A stretch of DNA of 63,100 nt, filler included, from Rhabdomonas costata (taxonomy: Eukaryota): assembly GCA_019059605.1 (NCBI GenBank). It is 23 parts of 23 records of this genome, joined end to end, with 100 filler letters (N's around TTAATTAATTAA, not from the genome) between each part and the next. Parts side by side here need not be neighbours in the genome. Positions count along the whole stretch, not along the records: positions 24,748 to 27,393 come from JAHMHO010002492.1; positions 27,494 to 30,142 come from JAHMHO010002493.1; positions 30,243 to 32,890 come from JAHMHO010002494.1; positions 32,991 to 35,638 come from JAHMHO010002495.1; positions 35,739 to 38,385 come from JAHMHO010002496.1; 18 more parts are not named here. One strand, given 5' to 3'. The notes beneath the pieces are model-generated. The model saw only the letters and a program-made list of their open reading frames with translations, was not told where the DNA came from and ran no database searches. Both the position numbers and the translations under genes were made by a program. Below are positions 24,868 through 38,485 of the stretch, in pieces; position 1 is the stretch's first letter, and each line of letters starts with the position of its first letter.

Positions 24868-27125
24868 AAACGCGTTTCTGGAGTCTTCCTGGGACAGTGC
24901 GATGTTGTGAGTGAAGAACATCTGTGTCCGATGGCTGGTGGCTGTGGCCCCTGTGGTCTCTCTCTCTTTCTCTCTCTCCCACTCTCTGTGACCACCCCTC
25001 TTCCGATGCGTAGGCCCCCACTTCCAGTGAGGTCTTCCAGCTGTTCAACATCGACTTCGCCGTGAAGGAGGTCCTGCCATCGCTGTGCCTGAGGTTCGAG
25101 GAGTTTTCCATCCAGACCGTCTTCCTGCAGGTCGCCCCCTCCCCCCGCAACGATTTTTACAAAAGCGTGAACTCTTTAAATGGAAAACCCCTTTCCCCAA
25201 AATCAGCGGTGAAGATGGCTTTTGACATGAGACAACAACAACATTTTTTTAAGGGGAAGGGGACGAGCTTACAGGATTGTTTGGAATTCGTCGCGTGCAT
25301 GTGGATAGATGAGTCTGTGACGACTCCGCAATGAAAACGGACCGGAACCCCTGCTGCAGCCCTGGCAGGGTTCAGGCTCCAGGGGGTCTGAGTCTGGGAT
25401 GAGCTTTTCGCATCTCCCCCCCCCCAAAAAAAAGCTCCTGTGTATCTCACCGAATACTGCTACCCGGTGTGCTCATGCCTGACCCTAAAAACCTCATGGC
25501 TGACCTGATATCTTTCATTGCGTCGAAACTGAAGGCAGCGCAGCCAATACGATACAAAAAAGTGAAGTTTCACATCACTGCCCTGAGGTTCGACACATCT
25601 AAGCAAATAGTAAGTGGGGAGTGGATTCAAAATGGGGGAAAAGGTGCTGCCAGTTTGTAAGCATCCGCACAGCAACTCGAAAGGGGGGGGGTGAACCGTA
25701 GCTTTTTTTTTTAGCTTTGCTCGCCTGTTATAATACCATGTGATCTTTTGTGATTTTACCGAATACAAATACGATGAAGTTCATGTTGCCATACTGTGTG
25801 CTTGTTTTGTGTTTTCAGAACTCTTCCGATGAGGAGAACCAGAGCGTGCGCTGCCGTAGGCAGCGGGAGCATCACGGGGAGATCTCACTGTACACTTGGG
25901 CAAGTCGGTGTGTGCATCTGCCTGCGGGAGTAGACTGCGGTGTCGTCTCACTTATCCGATTTTGCAGTACACGCCTGTGTCCTTTCGCACCCACCTCAGT
26001 GTTTGTCCTTCCCTGTTGTGTGTCGCGAGCTGAGTGGACTGCCAGGGTCAGGTTTGCGGTGTATTTTTTTTTGGTGTTCGAGCATACAGAGAGAATATGG
26101 TTGTTTGCTGCCCCCCTTGGCAATGTGTTGCCTCACCACCGTGCGTGTTTTCAACCTCGTGATGTTTTGTCCTTTCAGGACATTGATGCCGAACGGGAAG
26201 TTCGCAATAGAGGAGCGTGCTATCACCGCAAAGGAGTACTTCCCCCTGCTGAAGCAGGTTGGCATAGCTATTAACAACCCCCCCCCTCAAAAACAACGCT
26301 CTCTCTCTCTCTCTCGAAGTGTATCTCATTGATTGTTGGAGTCGTGCGATGGATGTTGGTGTCAAATTTCGTGGCCGGCTCATGGTGCCTGTTCGGAGTA
26401 AAGTTGCTTTGGTGTTGATGGGCAACGAGTTTGTATATGGCATGGATTGTGTGATTACTTCGGGCCCTGCAGGCGGACCCCACCCTGGCCCCGGTGCGCC
26501 GGCATCGCCGGTGCTTCGTGCACGCCGGGCAGTACTTCCAGCTGGACGAGTATGAGGACCGACTGGTTCTCAGCGTGCAGGTGCTGTTGGGGGATCGTGC
26601 TGGCCGGGCGAGGCTTGAGTTGATTGAAGGGTCCACATTGTGTCACCAGCTTAAGGATCGTTCAGCCGTTGCCGGCAGAAATCTCGCATAAGGCGGAGAG
26701 CTTTGTCGCGCCGATGAAACATCTGTGGCAGACCGATGAAGAGCGAGGGCCGAGGAAACCCTGGAGCTAAGACTGATGCTGCTGAAGAATAGTAGTTGGT
26801 AACTCTGTGTGTCCCCGGTGAGTACCGGCCAAAGGGTGGATTCCTCCTACGAGATGTGGGAGGACACGGAGTCACTGCCAGACAGGCTCTTCAGCAATCG
26901 TTTCTCTAAGCTACGGAAACGCTGGCTCCAAGCTCTGTACGATTATTGGTACTTCTGTCTGTGGCTGGCAGGTCAGTTCGGAGGAAAGTGAGGTACGGAT
27001 GCCGGCGTGGATCATGCCGTTTGTCCTGGGCAACGTCACCCACGATCCGCAATACCGGCTGTTCAATGTTGCCCGGAGGCTCGGGCAAAACGCCAGCGCC
27101 AGCAGCCCCGCCGTCCACCGTGCGG
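24868..27125 (+). CDS. TTD14-like protein (CYTH-like C-terminal domain), partial, spliced
   Basis: Exons 24868-24906, 25014-25130, 25819-25907, 26179-26257, 26473-26580 and 26972-~27125 give EFSIQTVFLQ, VRCRRQ, EERAITAKEYFPLLKQ-ADP..PVRRHRRCFVHAGQYFQLDEY and NVTHDPQYRLFNVA. Confidence 0.75.
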
Positions 27126-27565
27126 TGTGTGATGCGCCCCTGCCCCCTTACGTATATATAAGCAAACACACACACCACTGGTTAGTCGGCACCCCACGGC
27201 ACCGTGCGCTCGCGAGCACCGGGTCCAACAGCACATGCACCCCTCAGGGAATAGTGGTTACCGACAGCCAATCAGCCAACATCTAGTCAGGCGCGAATTG
27301 AGCCCAACGCACACAGGTTCTCGCACATCCGCGTGTTTGTGCGTGGCTCAAAGTTGCTTGCTGCTCCGTACTACCTATTAATATCACGGCACCNNNNNNN
27401 NNNNNNNNNNNNNNNNNNNNNNNNNNNNNNNNNNNNNTTAATTAATTAANNNNNNNNNNNNNNNNNNNNNNNNNNNNNNNNNNNNNNNNNNNNTTTGGAC
27501 AGCCTGCCCACCGTGTACATGACGGAGGATTAAGAATCCCTTCCCCTTCCCCATTATTATTTCAG

Positions 27566-30142
27566 AAGCATTGTGTATCTACGTGCTCCCACCCAAACAC
27601 TGGAGGTGAAGGTGTACCGGCGCACCACCTTCATTGATGCCCACGCTCTGACTCACTCTGGATCACTCGTTCCTCATTTACACCCCAGACGTACATGCGC
27701 ACAGTGGAACCTCAGCAAAGAATATCCAGAGCCGGTGGCAAGCCCTACAACTGTGGGAATGTTTGTCATCGCTTCCAGTCGGTATGCCTTCTTCCCGTGC
27801 ATTTCATGCTCAATTCCACCCACAGCCCCCAATGTGGCGAACCATCTGCAGACAAGCTCCGGCTGTTCCTGCAGTCTCAATCATTTCCTTTCTTCTTGCA
27901 CCAAGGATGATGCTTTTTAATTCTCTTCCTGAAGCACGAGGTGACACTCCCTCCTTTTCGTTGGTTCGTTGTCCCTCTTTTCCTGCGTCTTGTTTCTTTT
28001 TTGCGATGTTCACACACGAATGCACCAACAGCATTCTGGAATCACTGGTTCTGCTTGCCCACCTGCAGGGTACCAGGGTACCCCTGTACCCCTGCAGGGT
28101 ACATTCGGTCTTTAGGTGCGCTTTCTCTTCTCCAATCGATGGGCAATGGACTACACACAACCTCCGCAGTGGTCAGCTCACTTCTTTCTTCCATTTGCTG
28201 TGACCTTCTTTCTCTCTCTCCCATTGCCAATTGTCCCTGAGGTTGACTGGAATGCAGTTTGCACGTCCCCTCTGCCATGCCGCAACCACCTTATCTCCTT
28301 TTCCGGACTTGGGTTTAGTGCGGAGGTAAATAGTGTGTCTAGGGCATCTGATCTCATTGCGAGGGGTTTTCTTTTTGCCCTCCTTTTTCAAGAGGATTCA
28401 TGATTTCTGAACTCAACTGGATCTGCATGGAGGGTTTTAGCCAGTTTGTCTGCCTTCAAACATGGAACGTCCACAAGCCGCCACCGTCACCACATCGCCT
28501 ACTTTCCTTCATGGGGCGAATCCTTTCGGGTTTTCCCTTGTTTCGATTTGCTGTCCAGACGAGGTTTCACGTCACACGGCCTGGGCGCTCACTGCGCCGG
28601 GGCTACACCATGTGGGGTCGGCAGATCTTCACAGTATCTCTTGCGTCAGCTCCTTCAGTCCGCCTTGTTCCTGTTCTCATGCGCTCACAGACATCGACAC
28701 ACACACACGACTGCAGGGGTGCTGCCACGTAAGCGGCAGGTTCAAAAGACTTGATGGAAGGCCCAAGAGGAGTCTTCATTTCAAAGTCCATTTGCAGACT
28801 TCCAGAACCCCTCAACTCGCCATTCCTACTGAACAGGCGGAAAATGAGCAATGACCATGCTCTCAAAACTCGCCCAGCGTACTCCCTCCAAATCTGGGAG
28901 ACGGTTCACATACTGTTTATCTCTCCCTCTTCCCCCTAATCATCAATCATTGTGTTGCAGGTGTGCCCGGAGGTCTGCACATGGGAGTAACATCCCTCCT
29001 CACGCGTGCGCCAAGGACCAACCACTGTGCACCTTCCTCTTTCTCCCATGTCATTAATGAGCATCCTCCATTCCCTCACCGCCGGATCCTCTCTGGCGGT
29101 CAAAAAGATCTCTCTCGCGCGCGCTTTGAGTATCTGATTTTCCTCCGTCAACCTGTTCGTGTCAACTCACTGCAGCGGAAAACGGTGCCCTGACTATGTT
29201 TGTATGCCCCGCTTTAGTCCAATTTTTCTTGCTTTTTGGGTTCAGTGTCTTTCTTTTGCGGCAGCAACCTGCTGAGGAGGCTTCTCCACCTCCTCGGCGT
29301 GGAATCACTCCTTCCCTGCCCTTCTTCGGATTCCTTGGTTTTTTTTTCGGGGGAGCTCATCGTGAGCGTGTCCACCCACCCACCAGCTCAAGGAAGGACA
29401 TTGTTGGCCCCTTCTGTTCGTGTCATTTTCTGTTTGTGTGGTAGTTTTAAAAGGGTCTTCTGAAAGGTGTCGCCTGGAAGGTTTTAGGACATTCCACTGC
29501 GTTGTTGTACTGGTCCCCAGGATTACTCAATGATCCACGCAGAGAAAGCCTGTCAAGGCATCATCCGGATCTGCTTCTGCTTGGACAACCGTTGTTGGGA
29601 CATCACACCTGGTGGTTGGAATGAACTGCCCGCCCGATGTTATCTGGGAAACGACGTTTTAAGTCCCCCTTTAAGTGGTACCAAATAACAAACGACGAAG
29701 GTTTTAATATTCGCGGTCGTTGTGCCAGTACGCCAGTGTTGCTGAGTACGTGGTTCCTATGGGTCCCGGAGTGAAGCGAATTTTTTTGTTCCAAGTGGCC
29801 GTACCATCCGATTTTCCGAAACTGAACTTTGCCTACGAATGTTTTCTGTGCGATCGTTCCTGGTGATGTGCACATGTGCATACCCACACCACTTTCACAG
29901 TGTTACTCTCTTCCTGAGGTCCTGAGCTTCGGTGACCCGCTGGGAAATGTCATGTCCCACCCATGTCACCTCCTGCTCCGCAGCGTCGGCATCTTCCCTG
30001 GAATGCCAGGAAGCAGGAGTGCCGCAGAAGGCCCCCTGTCTTTCTTCTGCTGGCTCAGAAAGTGTCATACCTTCGGCTGCTATCGCTGCACTTCCAGCCG
30101 CCACGACACATCCTCTGGAACGCCAAGACGCACCCCCACCCC
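27566..30142 (+). CDS. Hypothetical multi-exon protein (unassigned exons)
   Basis: Several AG..GT-bounded GC-rich blocks (~27566-27605, 27689-27781, 28961-29026, 29264-29337, 29900-). The first two are phase-compatible. No family was recognised. Confidence 0.3.
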
Positions 30143-30873
30143 NNNNNNNNNNNNNNNNNNNNNNNNNNNNNNNNNNNNNNNNNNNNTTAATTAATTAANN
30201 NNNNNNNNNNNNNNNNNNNNNNNNNNNNNNNNNNNNNNNNNNGGGTTTGGGGGTGTGGGTAGCCGGAGTATAACCCATATTCTTTCTTTATAAAAATACA
30301 TTTGACCAAGTGGGGAACACAGGAACACAAGAATAGAGTACCGAATTCCATTTCGCTAAAAAAAAATGATTGAAAAAATAGATGCACTTAGATAGTTGAC
30401 ACACTTTAAATACCACCACTTGACCAAGTTTCAAAAAAGTGACCGGCAGGGTAGTCAAGCACTGCTAAAAGTTCAGGTAAAGTTTAAGTATAAAGGTTAA
30501 AGCAACTTCGTCCAACCCAGCCACCTACTCCGGCCTCAAACCAAAATAAAACCGCTGAACTTCAACGACGACGATGACGCTACTCCACAAAAGCGAAAAA
30601 AAAACGTTTGGCAGTGCTCAGTCTTTGCCGTTTTGTCTATTTAACGGTGTGGCAAGTGAAACAACCGTGCCTTATGACAGCGCACAACGTACACCCTTTG
30701 GTTATTCTGTCAGTGTGACAGTGATTGGCCAAGATGGACATCTAGATGGTGACAGTGTAGAATGAAACCTACGTCGTTTTTTTTTTTGCTGGATTTGCTC
30801 ATCGAGAAGTCGCGCGCCAAGTGGAATCAATGGGAAGCTGGGAGGTTTCCTTGCCTGCGGTTTGTTGCCTCAG

Positions 30874-32890
30874 GTGCTGAATGTCTACCTGCAGTCCTAT
30901 CCCAACAGCTCGGTCGCGATCAACCTGCGGGCATGCAATAACTACCGCCTTTACAACGGCAAGGTGGCGGAGCAGGAGCTCAAGGTTCTGCTGGACCTGC
31001 AGGCGTTGTCCTACAAGTTCGAGAACGACTCTGTCCGGCACAACCTGGTGGTGTTCAAGGTTTGCGTGGGTGGGTGAGGAATAGTTTCCTTGCTCATGAC
31101 GCGGAGCAAAGCCACGTGGAGGGCAGTTCACTGGAAGACCACTTGTGGTTTTGCACAGCAGTATGCTTTGGAGAATCTGTTGCACCTGCTGTGTGCCAAG
31201 ATATGCTGCTCCTAGTGCAGCAGCGATTAGGCGTGGGGAGGCGGGGAGGTCTGCTACATCTCCAAACACCCAAACAGGGAGGCGAGAATGCCCTGCAGAT
31301 TCTTCCGCCCCTGATCGATGTCATTCCCGAGGCCCGGCTGAACCTGGTGATCTATCACCTCCGCAACGAGGAGGTCCAGGAGGCCTACCAGCTGATCAAG
31401 AACCTGGAGCCCGTCACACCCCAAGAGTAGCGACCCCCCCCCTTCCCGTCATCATAATTTTCTCCACTTCATAGTGAAGTGCTGGTCCTTTGCTGCACGC
31501 ACACGGCTTCACAACTGCCCCTGATTGGGGGAACCAGTGGTGACACTTTCCCGTCTTCTTTCCCGTCGTCCAGTGATCATGCATTCCAGATGAGCGCCAA
31601 ACATTGTGATATCTCAACTGCTGGCCCGCCAGTTGTCAAGACCAGTGCCAGCGGCATTACCTGATACATGTTGCCTGCTACAGCCGATGCTACTAGTGGT
31701 GCTTGGACAACCACGTCTGTTGCACCGCTCTGCTCTTTCCCTGGGGGCTTGGGGTGGCATCGGGGAGAATGCGGATGTGTGTACACGTGCATTCACTCGC
31801 CAACCGCAGGTACATTCTGAAGGGCGTGGTGAACGCCAGCATTGGCCAGATGACAGACTCCCGTGAGCACATCAAGATGGCGCAGCAGTATTTCCAACTC
31901 GTCGGGGCCTCGGCCTCGGAGTGCGACACGATTCCTGGCCGACAGTGCATGGTTTCCCTCTTTCCCTCCTTCCCCTTGTAGCCTACAGGCCTGTTGTCGC
32001 GCGTCTTGTCACGCTCCTTTGAGAATGCTGCGAACCGATCACGCAGTTGGCTGAGCAGTCATTTCCTCATGGTTTCCTATCAAAATAAAAAGAACCAACA
32101 ACAGGAAACGGGACGGTTGTTCCTTCTGTGTTTTGGTTGCTCGGCTTTTTGCGTTTACCGCACACAAAGCGAGCATGGCGAGATTACAAACCGGTTCTGT
32201 GAATTCAAACTTAGTATGCCCTGTTGTTGTGCAGGATCAGTGATCGCAACAAGGGCTTGCTCATTTACGCGCGCGCACGCACACACACATACACTCTTTC
32301 TCTGCGTGCAGGCTTCGTGCTTCTTCCTCCTGAAGCAGTTTGATGATGTGTTGATCTACCTGAACTCCATCAAGACGTATTTTCCTCAGGACAACGACTT
32401 CAACTGGAACCTAGGCATCGCACAGGTTGCCTTTTTGAACGCGATGCTGCGAAGTGGGACGTGATTTTCTGTGGTGCGAGAAGGGTCCTGTTTGCACCGC
32501 AACTGGCTCATGGAGTCAACTGGCTCATGACATTCCCACAAAATGCAAACCAACTTTGACATAATAAGCAGTGTCAACTTATGGTTTTCCGTATCTGCCA
32601 TCTTGCAACTGCACTATTAGTACTGTCCTATCCGGAGTGATCCGCGGCAACTTTGCGATGGAACTCACAGCAACGTTATCAGAAGTGTCCATATTGCTGC
32701 CAGAAAGTGGCGGCGGCGAATTTGTATCACCCCGAAATACGGCTTCGTGTTATGCACATTGTCCCTAGGCCGCCGCTGGTCAGTACAAGGACGCGATAGA
32801 GACCTTGCTGCTGATCACGAAGGAGGCCTACCGCCAGGAGTACTGCTACATCACTTGGCTGGCGCGGTGCTACATCATGGCCCAACAACC
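30874..32890 (+). CDS. IFT56: Intraflagellar transport protein 56 (TTC26/DYF-13), partial, five exons
   Basis: Exons 30874-31059, 31278-31426, 31810-31951, 32312-32425 and 32769-32890 are all GT-AG and phase-compatible: [100 protein letters not shown]. Confidence 0.97.
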
Positions 32891-34889
32891 NNNNNNNNNN
32901 NNNNNNNNNNNNNNNNNNNNNNNNNNNNNNNNNNTTAATTAATTAANNNNNNNNNNNNNNNNNNNNNNNNNNNNNNNNNNNNNNNNNNNNGTGTGGGTGT
33001 GTTTGGGCGGGGGGGGTGGAAAAAAGGGAAAAGGGAAAAAGGCAAGGAAAGGGAGCAAGTCAGATTAGCACATGCAGAATTTGACCTCTGGTTCCTCAGG
33101 TTCGGGAAGCACAGCAGGTTCTTCTGCGATCGGAGATCCTCCAACAGTGCCCTGGGCTTCATCCTCGGCCACTGTGGCTCTGTGCAGCCCACTCTCAGTG
33201 CTCTTTTCATTCGCTGGCTTTCTGGGAGAATCGCTATCAAATGAGTTGCCAGTTAGAGGATTCACCTAAGGAAACAAACAACAGTTTGGTTTGGGTGACC
33301 GGGAAGGTGTAAAATGTTGAAATTTGTTCATTTGTGGAAGGAATGCTATGGATGTAAGACCAACTACCCCAGGCGGTGATGAATCTCTGCAGTAAGCATG
33401 AGGTTTGTTTGTGGGTATGCTCGAGCATAACGATCATTTTCCAAAACCCTCGCTTCCGACCTAAGCCTGGTCTGTTGATACTGACTGCGCAGGTGCATAC
33501 CCCCATTTGCTTCGAACGTACTGCTTTTTTGAGACCAACTGCAACAAAAGTTATTTTCTTCTGCTCCTGCTGCTTAACTTACTCCATCTCTCCAGCACTG
33601 AGACCAACTCTTGTTGTATATGTTTGTGCCGATCTTGTGGGTCGGGTACCGACCTACGGGTGAGTTGGCTTGTAGTCGCTTGGCTATAAGGATTCGCATC
33701 CAAACAGGAACTTCAGTCAGCGGAACGGAAAAGCAGCAAAAAGAAGAAAGTTTTTGTTGGAAGGAAATGGAAGAAAAGGGTGCAACACGACTGAAAAGAG
33801 AAGGCACACACACCACTTCCGCTTTTTCTTCCGCCGAGCGAGGTTGATGCTCTTCTTCTTCGTCTCCCTCATCACGGTTGGCTGTGGGCTGTGGGCCCTT
33901 ACTCTCTCCTGTACCTAAAGAAACAAGCAGAGAGAATAGAAATTGAGAAAGTGACCTTGCACTTTGGGAAACAACTGCACAATTAGATCGTTGCAGCCTG
34001 CAATTCTTTCTCATAATTCGGGAAACTTCATTCACATTCCGAAAACTTGATGTATCATCCGACAGTGAGGGTCCGATACATTTAAGAAATGAAAATTCCC
34101 GCTTGACCCGCTTGTAAAACGAGACTGGAAAATTGGTTTTCCTCGGTTTCTCTGGTGGTTTACTTCGGGCGGCGGGCGGAACCTCGGTGGCTTTGCCCCG
34201 GAAGGACGGCGAACGGTTACCAGGGGATGGGACAGATTTATTAAAGGTGCGTCAGCTGGCCGGGGGCGGTGGGGACTGCCGGCTGAACAGTCACCAAACC
34301 AAATCACATAACATAACAGCATTCTATGGGAGGAAAGACTTCTGATCCCTCCAATGCAATACGAATACCTACCCCGCGCAGCTCTCAGCAGACAGGATCT
34401 TTGCCACCCTTACAATATCCATTACTCCGTCTTGCGCGGTTACATTGGTTGCCTTTGGCCCCTTTGAATCACAGGTATTCTCACCTTTCTTCTTCACATT
34501 CACTCCATAATCAGTTGACCTCCACGCATACTCCATTCCGGTGCCATCAAAATTCCGGGCTCTATAATCAGGTCCACCAAGCAGCTCCAGCCGAAAGTGT
34601 TCGGTGTAAGTGCCTCATGAATGTCCAAACATGCACCCCATGGGCCCTTGGCATGTCTTCTGGTCGAGATTTCTCTTGAACGGATAAAAAAGAATATGGC
34701 ATGGCCAGGCGCAGAGAGATAGTCAGAGGGAAGTTGAAAAATACCTTCCAGAGGGAAGTCGGAAGCTTCCCAAAGCAAATTTCAGAAGAACTACCATCCT
34801 ACCATGCAGAGTTGACCCATATTGGCGATATTTTGCTGGTGAAAGCCCCCACCCCCCAATAGGAATTCATGTGCACCTACACAATTTCT

Positions 34890-35440
34890 GGGCAGAAACC
34901 AGCGGCAAACCTTGGTCTAACTCCATGGGAGGCCCTGTATTCTCTTCTTCGTCACCCAGCGTCTTGTCTTTGTCTTCAGGGGAGCCCAAATTCTGTTCCA
35001 CGGGCTGGGAAATGCCAGCATCACAGGAGTCCGTCTTGCCCCCTTTGGCCTCATCCTGTGACTCTGCAGGCGCTTGCCCCTTCTTCTCCTTGTTCTCCTT
35101 CTTCTCCTTGCTCCTGTCTTTTTTTGCATCCTTCTTCCCAGACTTGGCTTTTCGGGGGTGCTTCTGCCCAGAGCTGCTGGACCGCGAGGAACTCCTGCTG
35201 TGGCTCGAACTCCCTCGGCTGCTTGAGCCGCTGCTTCGGCTTCGACTGGTGCGTTCGCTTCCGCTGCGAGTGCTGTGACTCCTGCTGCCGCTCCGGCTGC
35301 TGTGACTCCCTTGGCTTTTTTTGCCATGCGACTTGGTGCTTTTCCTTTTCCTGCTGTCGTGCCCGGACTTCTTCGAATGTTTTTCGGCCTTGCGGTCGGC
35401 AGGGGCCTCATCATCTTTGTCCTCCGGAAAAGGCGTGAGT
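34890..35440 (-). other. Ser/Arg/Lys-rich low-complexity coding-like segment (exon or pseudogene)
   Basis: A frame not in the ORF track reads EDKDDEAPADRKAEKHSKKSG...SRSRSSGSSSRGSSSHSRSSSRSSSSG...KEKKENKEKK. Stops flank it and no clear splice sites were found. Confidence 0.4.
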
Positions 35441-35738
35441 GATGTGTACGTGTAATACCAATATATCAGGGCAAATTTCGCGGTAAATTAGCAACAGTAT
35501 GAAGTATGAGGTTTTCAAAGCTTTCAGATAAGCCAAGGTCAATTCTTCCCATCAGTTAAAATGTCGTTGAGGCTTTCCCGCGTTCGATACTGCCCTCAAA
35601 CCTCGGTAGGCTCCGTGGGTTGTTCTTCACCCCCACCCNNNNNNNNNNNNNNNNNNNNNNNNNNNNNNNNNNNNNNNNNNNNTTAATTAATTAANNNNNN
35701 NNNNNNNNNNNNNNNNNNNNNNNNNNNNNNNNNNNNNN

Positions 35739-38360
35739 TTTCGCCCTGACAAGCTCGGGACTAAGGGGATGAGAGCCAAGCGTCGTCGCATTGAGTCTGG
35801 TGAGTACAAGAGTCCACGAGTTTACAATTTGCGTGTGCCCCTCTGCATTTAGCACCTCGACCTGCTAGTTCTTACTCGGACAACCTCGCAGCTTGCTTTG
35901 GTAATATTTTTCATTTGATGTTCGTTGATAAGAATGCTGCTTATAGAAATCCCAGAAGGGAACGCAATTGTCCAAAGGGGGCAGTGCTGGGAGAGGGGGG
36001 GAGCGTTGTGGTCTTCGAGCTTCGTGTAAAGGGTGAGAGGGAGATTGTGGAAGGTCAGACGTGTTGCATTGCGTGCCCACGCGGGTGTGCGTTGCTGAGG
36101 GAGAGGGCGACTGCAGCCGTTGGTAGTCGCTTTAGTTGACTTCCGCTTTTGGTTGAGACGTTATTAGCGTGTCCAAAAGAGGCCGTGGCTAGGTGATTGG
36201 GGCCTTGGGAGATACCAGTTCAAGCATGGTCTGATTTGCAAGGTCTAGTAGCGAGGACGCTAGGCTGCTAAAGCTAGTGCAGGTGGTGGCTTAGCATCGC
36301 TTTCCTCCGACGTTCGCGAAAAGGTATATGAGCGGGAACGGTGGGAGGGTCGTGGCTTGGGACGCTTCGGGTAGTCCGGTGTTCATAGGTCTGCTGGACG
36401 GTGCCGAGTTGTGCCTCGTACAACGTTGTTGGGAAGGAACTAGGATAGGGTACCATTGGGGTAGTCCGAGGGTCCGCCAGCGAGGACCTTTGCTAGAGCT
36501 ACCGAACGATAAATTGGCTGCGGAACAGGCCGGTAAGCCGAATTTGCTGCAAGCTGCTCTTCGACTTGCCGCACCTTCGGACAGACACGGCGTAGGCAAG
36601 AGAAAGACTTGGGGTTGCCCACGAAAGTGGCCTCCATGACGTTTTGGTGACATGTTGTCCATCGTGCTACTTTACATGCTTGATGCCCCCTCCCCTCACA
36701 CCTTAGACTCGCATCTGATTCATTTGATAGATGGAATGACCGAAAGGAAAATTTGACAATGGCGCGGGCAAAGCCTGTGTGGCACCACACACGGTACTTG
36801 ACAGGAAACATGTTCCTACTAGGGACCCCTTTTCTGGAAATGGAGCATCCTCCATGCGCACGAATTGGGCTCCTGGGACATTGGTGAGAACGAATGTTTT
36901 ATTTCCGAACGAAAGTATGTCGGTGCCCCCAAAAAGAGAAAAAATGTGGGCTCTCTGAGAGAAAAGCAAGGTTTCGGAAAAGTTAGATTAATACGATCCA
37001 ATGATGTGCGAGTCTGCAAGTTTTTGATGTAGCCTGCTTCTCTGTTTTTGGTCAGGCGATTGGATGGCGTCACGTGTGGTGATGTGCACAGGAGCGGACG
37101 CGGATGGGTCGGTCCCAGACAAAGAGGAGAGCTTTCGCCCTCACAAACTCGCAAGGGGGCCAAGGGCCAAGCGTCGTCGCGTTGAGTTCGGAGAGGACAA
37201 CAGTCCCGGAGGTAGCACTAGCACCTTGGGTGTGCCCCTCTGCATCGAACGCTTTAACCGTTTGTTGCCTGCGTTTGGGTCCGTTGTCTTTTTTTGTATG
37301 TGCAAACGTCAGAAGATGTGACGGTTTTTCTACGGTATGACGCCGTCAAATGGCCATGGCAAAAGCCGAGGCAAGGGGGCCCCGCGTTTTGCATTGACGT
37401 GCATCGTGCAACACAACGAAGGAGGGAGGTCTGCGCCCCAGGCAAGAATCCCGTCATTATCAACGCAGAATAAAAGCTGCTGGTCCCGATGATGCGCTCA
37501 GGGTGCCTTTCCTCACACAGGCCAGAGCGAATCTGTCAGCAAGTTTTCGATGTAGCCTGCTTCTCTGTTTTTGGTCATGCGGTTGCACGGCGTGACTTGT
37601 GGTGGTGTGCGCAGGAGCGGACGCGGATGGGTCGGTCCCAGACAAAGAGGAGAGCTTTCGCCCTGACAAGCTCGGGACTAAGGGGATGAGAGCCAAGCGT
37701 CGTCGCATTGAGTCTGGTGAGTACAACAGTCCCGAATATAGCACTAGCACTTTGGGTGTGCCCCTCTTTATCGAACGCTTGTCGCATTTTGCCCTAGGTT
37801 CTTTTTTGGTGTACCAGGGCTGTCGCGCCAAGCGATATTGCTCCGATTCAGATTCACCCAGCAATCAGGCTGGATGGCGTACGGTGAGAAAACTACAGTA
37901 CTTTCTCTTGTAAATACCAACCCGGAATGCTTAGTGTCCACTGCGGTGCCAGCATGAAGCATTGTCCTGGGTTCTATCCTGAGGGCTGTCAAAGTTCGAA
38001 TTATGTTGTGGTGAAAGAGAGGTGTGCTCAGTAGCCCAGGTCGAAGCTTAGTCTTAAGCTTAAGCTTAGGTCCCGGGTGCCAAAACGGGCATCCCAGGAC
38101 CTTCGACGTCCAGAAAGAAGCCTTTTGCTCCTCGGACCAGGAGCGCGAGTTCCATCCGTCGTCCTCCCCGTTGCGTGTGTTTGAGTGAGTTGCAGGTGTC
38201 CTCACCAGCATTGTGTGTGCGCAGATGAAGATGTGGCTGGTGCGGTCCGAGACAAAAAGAACATCCACCCTGACATGAGTGCCACGCTGGCTAAGGCTGA
38301 GCTTCATGACACTCAGACCGGCGAGGAAACTGATCTCGGAGACAGTACTTTGGGTCTGCC
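35739..38360 (+). repeat. Dispersed direct repeats of a ~250-nt intron+exon unit
   Basis: Copies lie at ~37015-37260, ~37540-37790, a partial one at 35739-35860 and a diverged one at ~38185-38360. The core is CAG|GADADGSVPDKEESFRPxKL...RAKRRR.E.G...STSTL|GT. Confidence 0.85.
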
Positions 38361-38485
38361 CCCTCCTCCGGCCCCCACAAACAACNNNNNNNNNNNNNNN
38401 NNNNNNNNNNNNNNNNNNNNNNNNNNNNNTTAATTAATTAANNNNNNNNNNNNNNNNNNNNNNNNNNNNNNNNNNNNNNNNNNNN

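Noticed and set aside
25900-25905. GCAAGT as a third GC donor in the TTD14-like gene
   Set aside because: It has the wrong phase. A GT at 25908 gives the correct phase-2 junction.
28061-28102. GTACCCCTGCAGGGTAC palindromic cluster
   Set aside because: It is too short and isolated to interpret.
30260-30535. MITE bounded by GCCGGAGTA/TACTCCGGC
   Set aside because: The inverted match is only 9 bp, has no target-site duplication and lies at a contig start where fold-back artefacts occur.
33500-33690. In-frame TAG/TAA in coding-like sequence as stop-codon reassignment
   Set aside because: The conserved genes (IFT56, UBA2, PKS) have no in-frame stops and PKA-R ends in TAA, so decay is the simpler explanation.
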